A stretch of 45,432 bases of DNA, from contig JAHLWZ010000178.1 in assembly GCA_020536535.1 (NCBI GenBank), positions 1 to 45,432 of the forward strand. The letters are read 5' to 3'. The position numbers and the translations under genes were made by a program. Of the stretch, positions 20,889 to 33,567 are shown piece by piece; position 1 is the stretch's first letter, and every line of letters begins with the position of its first letter. The notes beneath the pieces are model-generated. The model searched no databases, was not told the DNA's origin, and saw only the letters and a program-made list of their open reading frames with translations. The DNA comes from Pelomyxa schiedti. Its lineage: Eukaryota; Protista; Evosea.

Positions 20889-23800
20889 ATGGCGTCGTAC
20901 GGCCGTACCACGAGGTCGTCCACGCGCTCGTCCACGTCGCGCGGGGCGGCCGCCGCCGCCGCCGCCTCCTCGTCGTCGGCCTCGTACCTGTCCTCGACGG
21001 TGTGCCCCTCGGCCACACCCTACTCCACGAGCCCCTGCGCCGCCGTGAGCTCGGGCAGCAAGCACTTCCTGCAGTGGCACAAGGCCTTCACCGCCGAGGC
21101 CGACGACGCGGAGGCCGCGGCCCTGGCCGCCTCCGAGGCCTCCCTGGGCGCCGCCGCCGCCGCCGCCTCCACGGGGGGCAGGACAGGCACGGGGCAGGGA
21201 GGACAGCTCCAGGCAGAGGCGAGGTGAGGACGGGGAAGCCGACGCGGAGGGGCGCGAGGAGGAGCGGGAGGGCGAAGGCAGGCGCGGGGGGGCGTCCCAC
21301 AATGGCGAGGCGGGCGGGGCCGGGGCGTCGGCGAGCGGCGCGGCCGAAGAGGGCGCCGAGGCGGCGCAGAGCGAGGAAAAAGTGGAGAAATCCGCCGGCG
21401 CCGGCGCCGCTTCGTCCGACGAGAAGCCCAGCCACTCGTCCTCAACACCGCACGGGCGAGAGAAGGGCCCAAGGGGGGGTACCAGGAAGAAACCCGCCGC
21501 CAGCCACCAGCGCCACGCGCGACGCGTCGCCAGCAGCTCCTCCAGTTCCAGCTCCTCCTCGTCGTCCTCGTCCTCGTCCTCTGGTGATGAGAAGCCGGAT
21601 TCCCGCAGCTCCTCCTCTGCTGCTACAGCTGCCTCTGGGAGTTCTCTGGGTTCATCGCACACTAGGCATCAATCTGCGGGCGGCGGCTCAGTTAGCTCCG
21701 CTGTTGTACCTGCCGTGGCTGAGAGTAAGGTGCCTCCACGTCGCACTCACTTCCGGCGAAAGGTCGTTGCTGCACAGCCGGGTGCTGCGTCACCAGGTAC
21801 ATTGAAATTCACTCTTCAAAGGTAAATTGACTTTTTTGTCCTAGGTGCATCAAACAAAATGCAAGTGGCATCCTCAAAACCAGCATTAGCAGTACCCTCT
21901 TCACCAGAAGGTCCCAAACTGGTAGAGGATCTTGGAGCTCGACTGGAACAAAGGCGTAGACACCACAAGGGAGAGAATGCATGGGGTGAAGTGTGGTTAC
22001 TGTCCCGTTGGTCTGTCTTTGAGGCTGATAAAAGATTCACAGTGCGCGCTAAAAACACAACTTTTGGGAGGTGTGGCTACATTTATTATGTAGTATAAGT
22101 TGATGAAGGCACTCATATTTGTCTAACAGTGACCCTCACGCTGATGTTGTTATTAATCGAATTGGTGTTGCACCAAAGCATGCAAAACTCTCAGTAAATA
22201 CCAACACTGGATCTGTCACACTTCACAATCTGTGCCCAACAAATCCGATCGTTGTTAATAATGTGGAAATCGTTCACCTTGCTGAACTGTTTGACAGAGA
22301 TGTCTTCTCTATAGGAACAAGGGCATTCTGTTATCGAGGTTTTTTGTACGGGTGCAAGCAATAAGTCTAATATGCTTCACCTTAGATGAGTATTATCGCA
22401 AACATAGACAGAAACTAGCTCCGTTGGGGGTGTATGTGCATCCAACATTTGTGTAATTACTAAAAAAAGCAAAGCCTGAATTCCAGATTCCCCAATTTAG
22501 AACTTAAGGCAGTGTCAACCAAGGAAATTCTTCCTGCAGGTGCTAATTCCAATGCATTATATTATTGTATTAAGTCAAGTCAACCTCTTCATAGACACCA
22601 AGAAAACAGCCACTGTGCAAACAAGTGTCACCGGAATTTCTCCTGATTCCGAAACCTGGAATTCAATTGAAGATTCTGACACAATTCAGCACAGTCCACC
22701 AACAAGTCCTCAAAAACGAAAACCATCACCTCACAGAGGGGATACCTCGGTCCCATATACTGAACCACTGCCAAAAGCTCCCAAAATAAGTGATAAACCA
22801 TCTAAAATCCCAAATCACCCTCCCATCTCTTTAGAGTCAACAGCCGTACCCAAAAGCGTTCAGTCCACAACCTCTGACACCACATCACTACCAAAAACCA
22901 CAGATAACACCGAGCAAAACCAATCCTTGGCACCCTGCACCATCGTCCCTTCCGAATCAGTCACTAATCCCGTGCCACCCAGTATAAATGTTACAGCTTC
23001 TCCAGTAGCCCCAACGACGGTACCTCGAACGCCTCCCACGCATAATGCCCCTGCATCAGCTTCCAGCTTGGTCTCCGATATAATGGAAATGCTTGATGAA
23101 CCACAACCACTTGACGAGATCGATCGTCCACCTACACCCGAGAACGCTTTTCCGTCATCAAATTCCCTTTCTCCCCAGCCCACTCGCCCGCCATCTCCAC
23201 ATGTAATTTCGCCAGTAGTTTCACAGGCTGCCTCACCAACAGTTTCACCATCAACCTCAGTAGTATTGTCACCTCACGTGCAACACTCCTCGCAACCTGC
23301 AACCTTATCTCCGGCTCCATCTCCTCCATCACTTAAAAGTAGTGAAACAGGCACCACAAGAAGTAGGACTCCTACTGCAAGCAGTGGCGACGGAAAAATC
23401 CAGGCAAGTGCAACTGCTAGTGCAATTTTCCTCAATTCCTAACACAAAACTAGAAACACTCGTTTCCTAGCAAAATTAGTAGTCGAACCAAAGCCAGGAA
23501 CAGTACGAAGAAGACTGAAGAAAAATCTTCAAAGCGGAGCACAAGTAAACCCTCCAATCCGAGGCACAGAAAAGATAAGAGTACCAGCAAAAGCAGGAGT
23601 AAGAGCAGGAATAGGAAAAGGAAGAGGAGCAAGAGCAAGAGTAGAAGCAGGAGCCGGAGTAGAAGTAGGAGTGGGAGTAGCAGCAGTAGTAGTAGTAGCT
23701 CTAGCAGTAGCCGGAGTAGGAGCCGGAGTAGAAGTAGGAACAGGAGCCAGAGTAGAAGCAGTAGAAGTAGGAGCAGGAGTAGAACTAGAAGCAGAGGGAA

Positions 23801-25337
23801 AGGTACGGTTAGGGGAAGAAGTCGAAGTGAGAATAGGAGCAAGAGCAAGACCTCCAGAAACCATGCACATGGGTTGCATGCACACAGTCACATCAGGGAA
23901 CCCCACCATACACCCTCACACTCGCACTCACACCCACATTCGCGTTCACGCTCAACTTCGGTGGGCGTTTCACCTTCTAAACAGGCAACACGTTCAGAAA
24001 CACCACCTCCAACACTTCGTGACCCTGGTAGATTGAAGGAAAAGCGAATATCAGCGTGTAGTTCATTGATGAAATCCTTGAAGGCATCAGATAACATCGA
24101 GGAGGGTGCTCATATACCAAATGAAGCAGCCAAGGGCACCATTAGCCCAAATCAAAGCCGAAGTAAAGCCCCCAGCAACAAAAGCCAAGAGAATAGTGGC
24201 CACGTTTCACATCATACGAGTGGAAAGACAAAGGAGAAAAAGTCAAGCAATCATGGACCTGAAAACTCTCTCAATAAGAAGAGGGAAAAAAGAACTAGTT
24301 CAAGCAGAAGCCCCAGTAGGAGCCAGAGTAAAAGTAACAGCAAGAGCAGCAGTCCTACTAAAGACAGGGGCAGTTATAAACATAGGAAAATAGCTCAACG
24401 AATCTCCGATGCCAGTAGTGTCACAACCCCAGTCAACCCACCAATATCAACTGGAAAAAAAGAGTCTAGTGATGCACCAAAACTGGGATCTTCACCAAAA
24501 GAAAAATCTGAGAACAATTCTCAACCCCCATTAACACCAACCAAAGACAACCGGGTCCAGCAGGCTAACTCTGGATTGACTGGTGATGCTAGCGTAAAAG
24601 ATTCCCCTCTTAAAAATGATGCCACTTGTTCAGGAAGTAGCGCCTCAAGTTGCTCAGTGAACGACACTCCAAGTTCAGTATCCCGAGGAAAAGATCTCGA
24701 TGCGGACAAAACCACTGAAGTTGAGCATACTCTGAATGTGAGTGTGCAAACGACAGCAAAAGAAGTCACTTGTGGGACGAACAATGATGCCAATGCCTTA
24801 AAACAAGCGGAAGCATGCACAAATAACACCAGCACTCTTAGCTTAAATGAGAATAGTGCTGCCACAACACCATCAACGTCGCCTCCCACAACACCCACTC
24901 CCAGTGCTGAACATACCGTTTCTCACACCACCCCCCACAAAATTTTGCTCAAAAATCCCCCGCTTGCAGCACAGCGGAAGCAACTCATCCAGCGAGACAA
25001 ACAGCAGCAACCACACGTGCCAGCTATAGTTGAATCACCATACATCCCGCAATATCAGCTGATTCCTGTACAGATAACACCCGCCATTGTACAGAATGCT
25101 CCGAGCACTCCCCCCGCACACAAAATACGCTCACAGAAACAGCAGAAGCAGCACGCACAGCACCAACCTCAACCACCACAACCACAACCTCAACCACCAC
25201 AGCAACAGCAGCAGTTCCTTGTTCCCGGAACACTGTTTCCACCAGGGTTCTATGTAGTAGCATCACCGCAACCATCGGCCCAACTACAAACAGCCACTAT
25301 CCCTAAAAGCGTCAACACAACTACAACCTCTTCATAG
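20889..25337 (+). CDS. Large low-complexity protein with an FHA domain and an RS-rich region
   Basis: FHA fold at about 21980-22340 (TTFGS|DPHADVVINRIGVAPKHAKL..NPIVVNN..LFDRDVFSIG). RS repeats at about 23560-23855; S/P/T/Q-rich elsewhere. The 5' part changes frame near 21175. Confidence 0.7.
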
Positions 25338-25911
25338 GCTGCAATTATCACACTGGGAAGAGCTAATTGTGTGACGAAATCGTACTTATATTCCTCCCAA
25401 GACCGCAAACGAGAAGCCCGTCACCGCTTCAGCCAAATGACCATTCCTCACTATAATTGCACAACAAACCATGGATGTGCAGCAGTAGCCCTCTCACAAT
25501 ACCAAAACCCCAACTCAAAAAAACTTTTCAGTTCACCTGAAAATTCCGAACTTATGTCTACGAACTTATGTTGGAGCTTTTTGCCTTCGTCACTTTGCGG
25601 GACAGTTGGAATTCCGGTAACCAGATTGCGGCCGCAGGAGCCCGTCAGTCCTCAGGATTTAAAAAAAGGCACAATGTTTTCATTTTCACCCTTTCGGGGA
25701 GAATCAACCAAAACAGCTCTTTCAAGAAAGAAAAAAAAAAAAAAAAAAAACAAACCAAACACACCCGGCGTACTTGTTGACCGTAAGCGACACTATAAAA
25801 TAATACACAAATATAAAAAAAATCAAGCCACACAAGACACCCATCTAGGGTCCTGTACAAACCTGTAAACAAACATAAAAATCAAACCAACAAGAAACAG
25901 GAGTACGAGAA

Positions 25912-26480
25912 ATGGCAGCACAACCAGCTCCGGAACTCATCGAGGACGTTTTCAAGATCTTCGACACAGACCATGACAACAAAATCGGCAAGGAGTTTCT
26001 CGCTCCAGTAATGCAAGCGCTGGGTAAAGCCCCCACGAAACAAGTGCAAGCCGCTCTTGAGAGCGAAATACCAGGCGCAGCTTTCGATCTTCCTCAGCTC
26101 AAAAAAATGCTTGCAAAGTCTACCCTCAGAGCACCTGCTGACCTCGAAACCGACATGCTGAATTGCTTCCGAGCTTTGGATAAGGTATACACCTATTTCA
26201 ACCTTCGGTTTTTCTTTTAACTTAACACAAAACCTGTCACCACCATTTCCACCCCGCCAAACGACATTTGATGCCTGTCACCAACTTACTTTTTCCCTAA
26301 TAGGAAGGAAACTGTCTCATCCACGAAGTTGAGCTTCGACAGATGCTCACCACACTGGGTGACTACCTCCTCCCCTCTGAAGTCGATGTACTTTTGAAGG
26401 ACACTCCAGTAAACCGAGACGGCTTTATTGAGTACGAGAAGTTTGTTGACAAGCTCATCCACGACGACCCACTTGATTGA
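25912..26480 (+). CDS. Calmodulin-like / myosin light chain EF-hand protein
   Basis: VFKIFDTDHDNKI, CFRALDK|EGNCLIHEVELRQMLTTLGD, NRDGFIEYEKFV. One intron at about 26184-26303. Confidence 0.9.
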
Positions 26481-26656
26481 GTGTGCCTCTATTCCTGTTT
26501 GTCTGACCGGCTAGTCCATACCATAGAGAAGCATCCCTTTCATTTTTCCAAAAGAAAATAAAGAAAGCTCTATAACAAACCTGCACTCTTCCTTGCCTAG
26601 ACAACAAGAAAAAAACCTTGCAACAAGTGCAAATAAGCCAGTCTTTTTTTTCTTTG

Positions 26657-28657
26657 TTAGTACCTCCCTGGTGTTGGTGTTCTGGGAGGCAGTGGTTGTT
26701 GTCTTATTATTGACTCCCGTAACTGTTGTAATGATTCCAGAACGTGTGAGGATGTTGGGCTGGTTGTTCCTTTGTGTGTTTGTTGTTGTGGAGAGTGAGG
26801 GGATAAATGACATGTGTTGTATCCAGAGGAGTGTGCACTTCTGGGTCTGAATTGTTGCTGCTGCTGTTGTGGGGAAGAGAATGATGGAATTCCTTGTTGC
26901 CGGCTGGTGTTGGGAAAATGTGGAGAATTTGTTCGGGAGATTGGGCGTTGATGTGGGTGTGAGGTGGAGGGCGAGGGCGGCAGTGGTGATGCGGCCATCG
27001 GTGGGGGTTTTTCGGGTGTGGGAGGTGGTGTGGGAGGATGCATTTTGATTATGGGTTGTTGTGTGGGAGTATCGGCTGAAAGGGTGGTGGTTCTGATCGG
27101 ATTTTGGGTATCAGTACATGTGGTTTCTGTTGTAGAGTGTGTACAAAGAGAGTTTTCAGAGTTGTTGTAATGACTTTCATCAGTAGCCTCAGTGTCAGTG
27201 CATGGGGACTTTATAAAGTGAGCTGTAGAATATGTCAACAGAGTTACTTTGTAGCTTGGTTGTATTTCTTTTGAACTCGTTGCAGTAAGTCCAAGACCTA
27301 AAATAGGTGTATTTGATAATCTTTTTTTTAAAGTGAGATTTATTTTTTTAGTTCTAGGGCTAGAACCTTGAGGGTAAAGAGTGTTGCGGTCTACCCCTCT
27401 GAAGATCTTTTTCTGACCTGAGATTATCAACAACAGAGCGTAAATGTGCATTGTCTTGCTGTAGTTCGGAAACCTGTATCAATAAATAAAGGGTTGCTGT
27501 GTAGAAAAGACCAACTTGTTTCCTCAAAGAGTCATTTTGGGAGAGTAATAGAGACTTAACTTCTTGAAATGACGTGATTGTGGCTTGCTGCTCCTTAACA
27601 GTTCCAGAGAAAGAAATAAGAGATGCCTGATGCGTTTGACATTCTTTCCGTTGTAATTGCAATGCGGAAATTAATGCTAAGCACTGCGATGTGTAAAAGT
27701 GGGTAACTCTTTGTCAATCACAGTTGAAGGGAGAGAAGGACATCGAACCTTGTTTTGTAGTTTATTCAATTGCTGCTGAAGGTGGGAGATGGTACTTTTC
27801 AGTGATTTATTTTCTTCAGTGAGTTGACATTCCTACTTCATTCAGTTGTCCCGAGGGAAGGCTATGAGAAGACATAGGAAGAATAGTATGCTACTGATTG
27901 TTGCAATCTAGCCACGGAGTCGGACAGAATTGCATTCTCTTTGGTCATCTGCTGTAGTGCATTTATGGTTTTATTCAATTCTTCAGATGTTTTGGCCTAA
28001 TAGAAGGTCACTCATAAGAAGTAGAAGTAGATATTATAAGGCAACATCAGCATTCTCTGGGTGCTCTTTAGCTCGGACTTCACTTTGAAGGACTTCGTCT
28101 AAATGAAGCAGTTCCGATTCCAGGAGCTCAGAGAAAGTCTGAATAGAACAGTGGTAGGATTTGATATTCTCATGCTAAAATAGGACTACCTGTTGTGACT
28201 GCTTCCTAGTGTGTTCTTGTAAACTTTTCAACTTGGAAGTTAAGTCTTTTACTTTCTCTTGAAGAGTGGCCTTTTCAGCCAGCTCTACACGAAGTTGCTC
28301 CATCTTACCAGTGGTGACGTCACATTCCAACGCCATTTCAAATGAAGGGAGGTACCTGCATTTTCAAGTCTGCAATCGTTGCTTGTTTTTGGGAGATCTT
28401 TTTTTCATTGTTAACGAAACCAGGAGGCAATCTCCCTCAACCTTCTGATTTAGGAGGTGCACTTGAGTTCTTAGTATTTTCTATGCGAACCCAAGAAAAA
28501 GAGAGGGAGAGAAATTAAGTGTGCGAAAACAAGAAGAGTCTGGCAACATTTTCTGTGACTGACTCAAGGGCAGCCTTGGGCGCCTAAATGTCTTGTTGGT
28601 TCGTTTGTTTCATCAGAGAATAATCAAAACCTGTGCTGCCTTCACACTCATTGACAT
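26657..28657 (-). CDS. Hypothetical coiled-coil protein with a P/Q/S-rich tail
   Basis: Multi-exon; L/Q/E/K heptad-like exons at about 27360-28480 and a low-complexity final ORF. Confidence 0.6.
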
Positions 28658-28966
28658 GTAACACAAAACTGTACGTTGGCCCAACGTACCCGCAACAAAA
28701 CAAAGAAAGAATTCTTGATGGTTGATTGGCACAGCTCTTGGAACAAACCTCCTTGGACACCAAACTAGCCTACTTGTTTCTCCCTGAGATTCTGAGAGTA
28801 TCCACCCGGGAGGTGCTTGCTGAGAGACAGTCGATCGCTTTCCTTCTGTGTATCTCGTTTAGGTTTTCTCACTAAAACCAACCGATTTACGGTTTGAGAG
28901 TTGTCTACAACAAGCAAAAAAAAAAAAAAAAACACAAGACACACCCACCTGCTTAGATTTTTCCCA

Positions 28967-31900
28967 ATGTCTAGTACGGTGACAATCAACGTTGTGGGGT
29001 TGTCGTGTGACACGACCATCACCAAGGGATTCCGCAACGACCAAGAGAATCCCGTGGAGGTTGCCCTTGCCCCCATTTTTCAATTTGTTACTGTTGCTAT
29101 TTGTTCAAACTCCAACGCTGCAGTAAGGTTGTTGTTAACTGGTTCCACTCTCGAGCTAATGTCTACTCGTTGGTGGCACAAATTGGTGACAAAATCATTG
29201 AAGGTTTGCTTCGTTTGGCTTTGCTTGTTCATATTCATATATGTACATATTAAGTTTAAGTGATAACCGCGTTCAGGGAAGTCCGTTGAGAGCTCTAAAG
29301 CAAACGACACCTACGATGACGCTGTGGCATCATCGAGGACTGCACTTCTTGGAGCACTCGAAAACGATCCGCTTCTGAAAGAGCGGTTGTCCTTTTCTTT
29401 GGGGAATGTGCCTCCACATTGCGTTTGTAGCGTTAAGCTGTCATATGTGGAAGAATTAGTTGTGGGAGCAGGGTGTTTGGTGAAGATAGAAACTCCGCTC
29501 ACTGCACTCACATTCTCTGGGGGACTTAAAAATACAACTGGGGAGACGACAGTCAGTTTGAACTTGGCAATGCCCCGGGCCATAATTGGTGTCAACTCAA
29601 CAAATGAGGAATTCATAAAAAGCAAAGAAGGGCTTGTGGGGGAAACTCTTGGTATGGAATTCATTTCCTCCAAAGCGGATGGATCGTTCTCGGCATCTGT
29701 ATTGCTTACACCTAGCGTTCCCGTTATGCTTACTGCTGTCCGCCTTCCCTCAACTCCAAGCCCCGAAGACACAAATGCAGTTGTTTGTGAACTTTCCTAT
29801 TCAAAACACCTTGCTATCAAGGATTCTTCAGTCAGTACAATGGATACTGATGTTGACATTATTTTCATAGGTTTTTTCCCCACTCTTTTTTTCCCCTTCT
29901 CAAAGTATTCCTTACAGTTGACCAATCTGGTTCCATGGTGCGATTAATTTTTCCTTTCTTTGCGTCTGATTGCTTCAATAAAGAGTGGGAAAAAAATTAC
30001 GCAAGCTAGCAATGCGGTTGCACTAATGCTAGCAAGCTTACCCATTGGATGTCAGTTCAATGTTGTAGGATTTGGTTCTGACTTTGGCTCTGTGTTTGAG
30101 ACAAGCAGGTAACTGACGGTCATTCAAACGCCACTAAATGCCGCAGGGCATACGGCGATGAAACTCTAGCTCTTGCCCGAGAGTACACACTGCAAATGGG
30201 AGCTACTAGAGGTGGCACTCGACTACTTCCTCCCATTCAATTTGTATTCAACACGTGTAAAGAATCAAGTAACCTTCCACCCAAGTAACCGCTAATCTAA
30301 TCTTCGTCATATCACAGTGAGACAGCGCCCTCTCAAACTGTTTGTTCTCACCGATGGTCAAGTGGATGACACAGTGAGCCTTTTGCAGTTTGTTGTTCAA
30401 CAAACACACAATACCCCAGCTTGTGTCTTTTCGTTTGGGATTGGAAATGATGTAAGCAGAAACCTTGTCAGTGGGTTAGCCAGTGCCAGTGGAGGGAAGG
30501 CAGTTTTTATAACAGACAAGGACGAAATTGAGGGACCGGTTCTTTCTCAACTAGCTGCTGCTCTGGGTTCTACTACAAGGAATCTTGGCATTGAATGGGG
30601 TTCTCCAATGGATAAAGTGATACCAGCAGCAATGCCATCCGTTCTTACCGAGGAAATGACCGCAACCCAGCATACAATATCGAGAAGTGAATCTACCATC
30701 AGTGCTACAATCACATATACAGGCTTACAAACGCCACTACAGATAAATGCCACTGCTCTATCTCCAATGTTTTCTTCATTACTTGGCCGCATCGCCGCAG
30801 CAAGAGAAATTAAAGCACTCACCGATCTTGACAACGAAACACCTCAAGAAGACATCAAGCGAAAAGTTATAGAGCTTGCAACAAAGCACAATTTTGTGTC
30901 CCGTTACACTTCACTTGTTGCCGTAGAGAGATCTTCAACGGCATCTGTGGATGGAAGTATGACGAGCGTGGTCATTGCTGTTCCCGTTGTTGCCTCTCAA
31001 ATTGTGGTGCCGACAAGTACTTCCTCCTCATCCTCTCAAGCCTCCCGTAAACACCATTGTCATAAACATAAGGCACTACGAACTGCGCCTGACTCTAGCT
31101 CGTCCATTCCCGCCTCAGCAGTACGAAAAGGAAATTTTGTTGTAATGAACGGCCACATAGTGCAAGTAACAGAAACCAGCACAAGCAAAACCGGGAAGCA
31201 CGGCCATGCCAAAATGCACATCACTGCGATAGATCCAAGCACTGGTAAAAAATATGAAACCATTGAAACAACCTCCAGCAATATTGATCAAGGTGATATC
31301 CAAACTCAAGAATACGACTTGCTCGATGCTGTATGCGTAACGTCTGCATGTCATTACCTGATTTCCCTTTTAGGATAGCAGCAGTGATTTAATTACATTA
31401 CTCGAATCAGATGGCAACACTAGGGAAATCATTCTGAAAGGCGCCCTTCTTGAGAAGGTACGACAATTTTCCTCTTCCGGCATTCTGATTGTTGCACAGG
31501 CAAGACGAATCGTTCAAGCAGGAGGAACGGCCCAAGTGAGAGTTGCCCGGTCAATTTCTATCCCAGATTTAGAGACCGTTCTCAGTATTACATCTACTGA
31601 TACACCTGATGATGTACTATCTCAACCTACTCCACAACCACAGCCCCAAGTACAGTCACAACCACAACCACAACCGCAAGTACAAGTACAACCCATTCCT
31701 GTACCACAAACGCAGCCACAAGTACATTCAAGTTCTGCAACATCTTCGCGAATGAGTCCTCTGAACAAATTGTGCTTCCTACAAAAAGCACAAGGCTACT
31801 GGGAGCTTAATTCCACACTCACTGATATTCTGGAAGCTGCACTTTCTGATGCAACTAGTTGTGGGGACACCATTATAACACAGATAACAGCCCACTTTGC

Positions 31901-32123
31901 TCCATCAGTATCTCAGCAAACAAAACACAACCTATGGGCAACAGCTCTTGCCATTGCTGCCCTCGAACTTCTGCACAAAGACCAGGAAACCCAATGGAAA
32001 CTAATCAAAGCTAAGGCTGTGCAATTCCTACAGGCAAACATTAGTAGTCCCACAGCACTGGAGCAGTTCATTACCAATGCAACAACATTCCTTACAACTC
32101 ACAGTCCCCGGTGCAGACACTGA
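28967..32123 (+). CDS. VIT-vWA (VWA5A-like) protein with an inserted eIF5A-like module
   Basis: VIT: KGFRNDQENPVE..FSLGNVPP..VKLSYVEEL. vWA MIDAS: IIFI|VDQSGSM, GGT, LFVLTDGQV, VFSFGIG. Then FVSRYTSLVAVE, an eIF5A-like segment at about 31095-31595, and C-terminal LQKAQGYWEL..WATALAIAAL..WKLIKAKAVQFL. Start uncertain. Confidence 0.88.
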
Positions 32124-32308
32124 ACAAAATGTGTTTTGAGAAAAAGAACAAAAGGAACCCCTTTTTCCCTTATTTTTTCCTTTCTTCCCTCGCTTCTTCG
32201 GCTGCGAAAGGAGCGACTTCTGCTTCCCCAAACAACTTCGGTGATGACTTCCCAGAAGAAGCCCAAGACAAAAAAAAAAAAAGGAAAAAAGACGAAACCA
32301 CGAGTGTG

Positions 32309-33529
32309 ATGAGGCGGAATCGTGGAAGCTTCACCTGCCTGTGGTCATTCCGCGTGAATTCCGCAGGCGGCACCGCCGTCGTCACGTGCCGCGAGCAGTT
32401 CGCGAGCCTGGCGGCGGCCTCGCACCCCCGCTGCGGCGCCGGCAGCCCCGCGCGCCCCGTGGCCTCCCACGCCCCCCTCATGTCCCACCTCTGGCGCTCC
32501 CTGGTCCTCGACTGCTCCCCCTCCTTCTCCCTGGTGGCCGACGACCGCGTGCGCCGCAGGCTCTCCCACGTGCTGTCCCTGGGGCTGTCCCCGGCCACGC
32601 TGGGGCTCACCGGCGGGGTCGGCGCGGACTACTGCACCAGCAGCGGGGGGAACCGCCCGCTGCGGGGGAGGTTCTTTGGCCCCGAGCTGTGCTTGACGGA
32701 GGAGACGGACGGGGAGAAGCACGCCGCGCTCGTCGTGTCCACGCCCAGGGGGGACAGGGTGGGCCTCAGGACCAAGGAGACCCCCTATGTGTATGACGTG
32801 AACAGGAAGTGGCTCATTGTGAGCGAGTGGGGCATGGAAATCCACCGGCTGGTGATCGTTGACATTCACGATGTTGTGCGGTCGGGCTCGGCTGCAGCGG
32901 AACCGGGTTCTGTTTGCGTTGATGTACCCAGCTTCTATGGGGTTGTAATTACCAAGGGGAGCAACAACATGGACGAGGCACTACTGTATTGCATTGAGAG
33001 TGGCGTGAACTTCACTCTGATTGATGTGGAGCAGACTCACAGAACCCATAAGCTGGTTGTGCTGAGCTCTGCTCGGTTCCGCATTCCCCGAGATGTGGCA
33101 CCATTCAGGAATACCATCACAATGAAGAAGCGCAGCGGCGCCCCAGTCTTCATTTCCGACAGCCGCGATGGCGCAGTCCACAAATTCGAATCTGGAACCG
33201 GCGGCGATAATTCTGATGAAGCGTCGTGGGTGCAGATTGCCTCAGGCTGCACTGAGCTGTCGCAGGTGAATTCGTCAGTGTTCTGCACGTGGGGGATACA
33301 GGCAAGGTCATATCAGTTATGGGACTGCCACAACACTGAGCGGCCGCTGAGGACACTGCACTACGACTCATGTGATCAGGTTATTTGCGGGAGTGGGTTC
33401 CTGTTCCAGATCAGCTGTGCCAACAACGAGATAGTGGTGAGAGAAGCGCACTCTGGTGCCGTTGCTCTCCATATTGTACTTACCTTGGAAATCGGCAGGA
33501 TCAACAGGCTGGCATCCTGCTTGTGGTAA
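32309..33529 (+). CDS. Intronless lineage-specific protein with N-terminal HPRCGAGSPA motif and beta-rich C-terminus
   Basis: Single long ORF; ATG at 32309 preferred. Family resemblance to the next two genes (NRKW, DEALL, DxxxT..T.KL.V). Confidence 0.75.
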   Translation: MRRNRGSFTCLWSFRVNSAGGTAVVTCREQFASLAAASHPRCGAGSPARPVASHAPLMSHLWRSLVLDCSPSFSLVADDRVRRRLSHVLSLGLSPATLGLTGGVGADYCTSSGGNRPLRGRFFGPELCLTEETDGEKHAALVVSTPRGDRVGLRTKETPYVYDVNRKWLIVSEWGMEIHRLVIVDIHDVVRSGSAAAEPGSVCVDVPSFYGVVITKGSNNMDEALLYCIESGVNFTLIDVEQTHRTHKLVVLSSARFRIPRDVAPFRNTITMKKRSGAPVFISDSRDGAVHKFESGTGGDNSDEASWVQIASGCTELSQVNSSVFCTWGIQARSYQLWDCHNTERPLRTLHYDSCDQVICGSGFLFQISCANNEIVVREAHSGAVALHIVLTLEIGRINRLASCLW

Positions 33530-33567
33530 ATATCATAAAAAGTGTTCTTTGTTTCTTCGAACCTCGC

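Noticed and set aside
20859-21805. Long overlapping Arg/Pro/Gly-rich ORFs, also seen at 32.2-35.5 kb
   Set aside because: Shadow ORFs caused by high GC content and few stop codons.
23450-24036. Poly-Leu, Val-rich and TPAP ORFs
   Set aside because: These are antisense or alternative-frame readings of the RS-repeat exon.
31095-31595. Stand-alone eIF5A gene
   Set aside because: No separate start or stop; it is in frame with the vWA region upstream and the VWA5A-type C-terminal domain downstream.
32111-32308. Apparent overlap of the 472-aa ORF with the VIT-vWA stop codon
   Set aside because: The 5' extension crosses A/T-run intergenic sequence from a GTG; ATG 32309 is the more plausible start.
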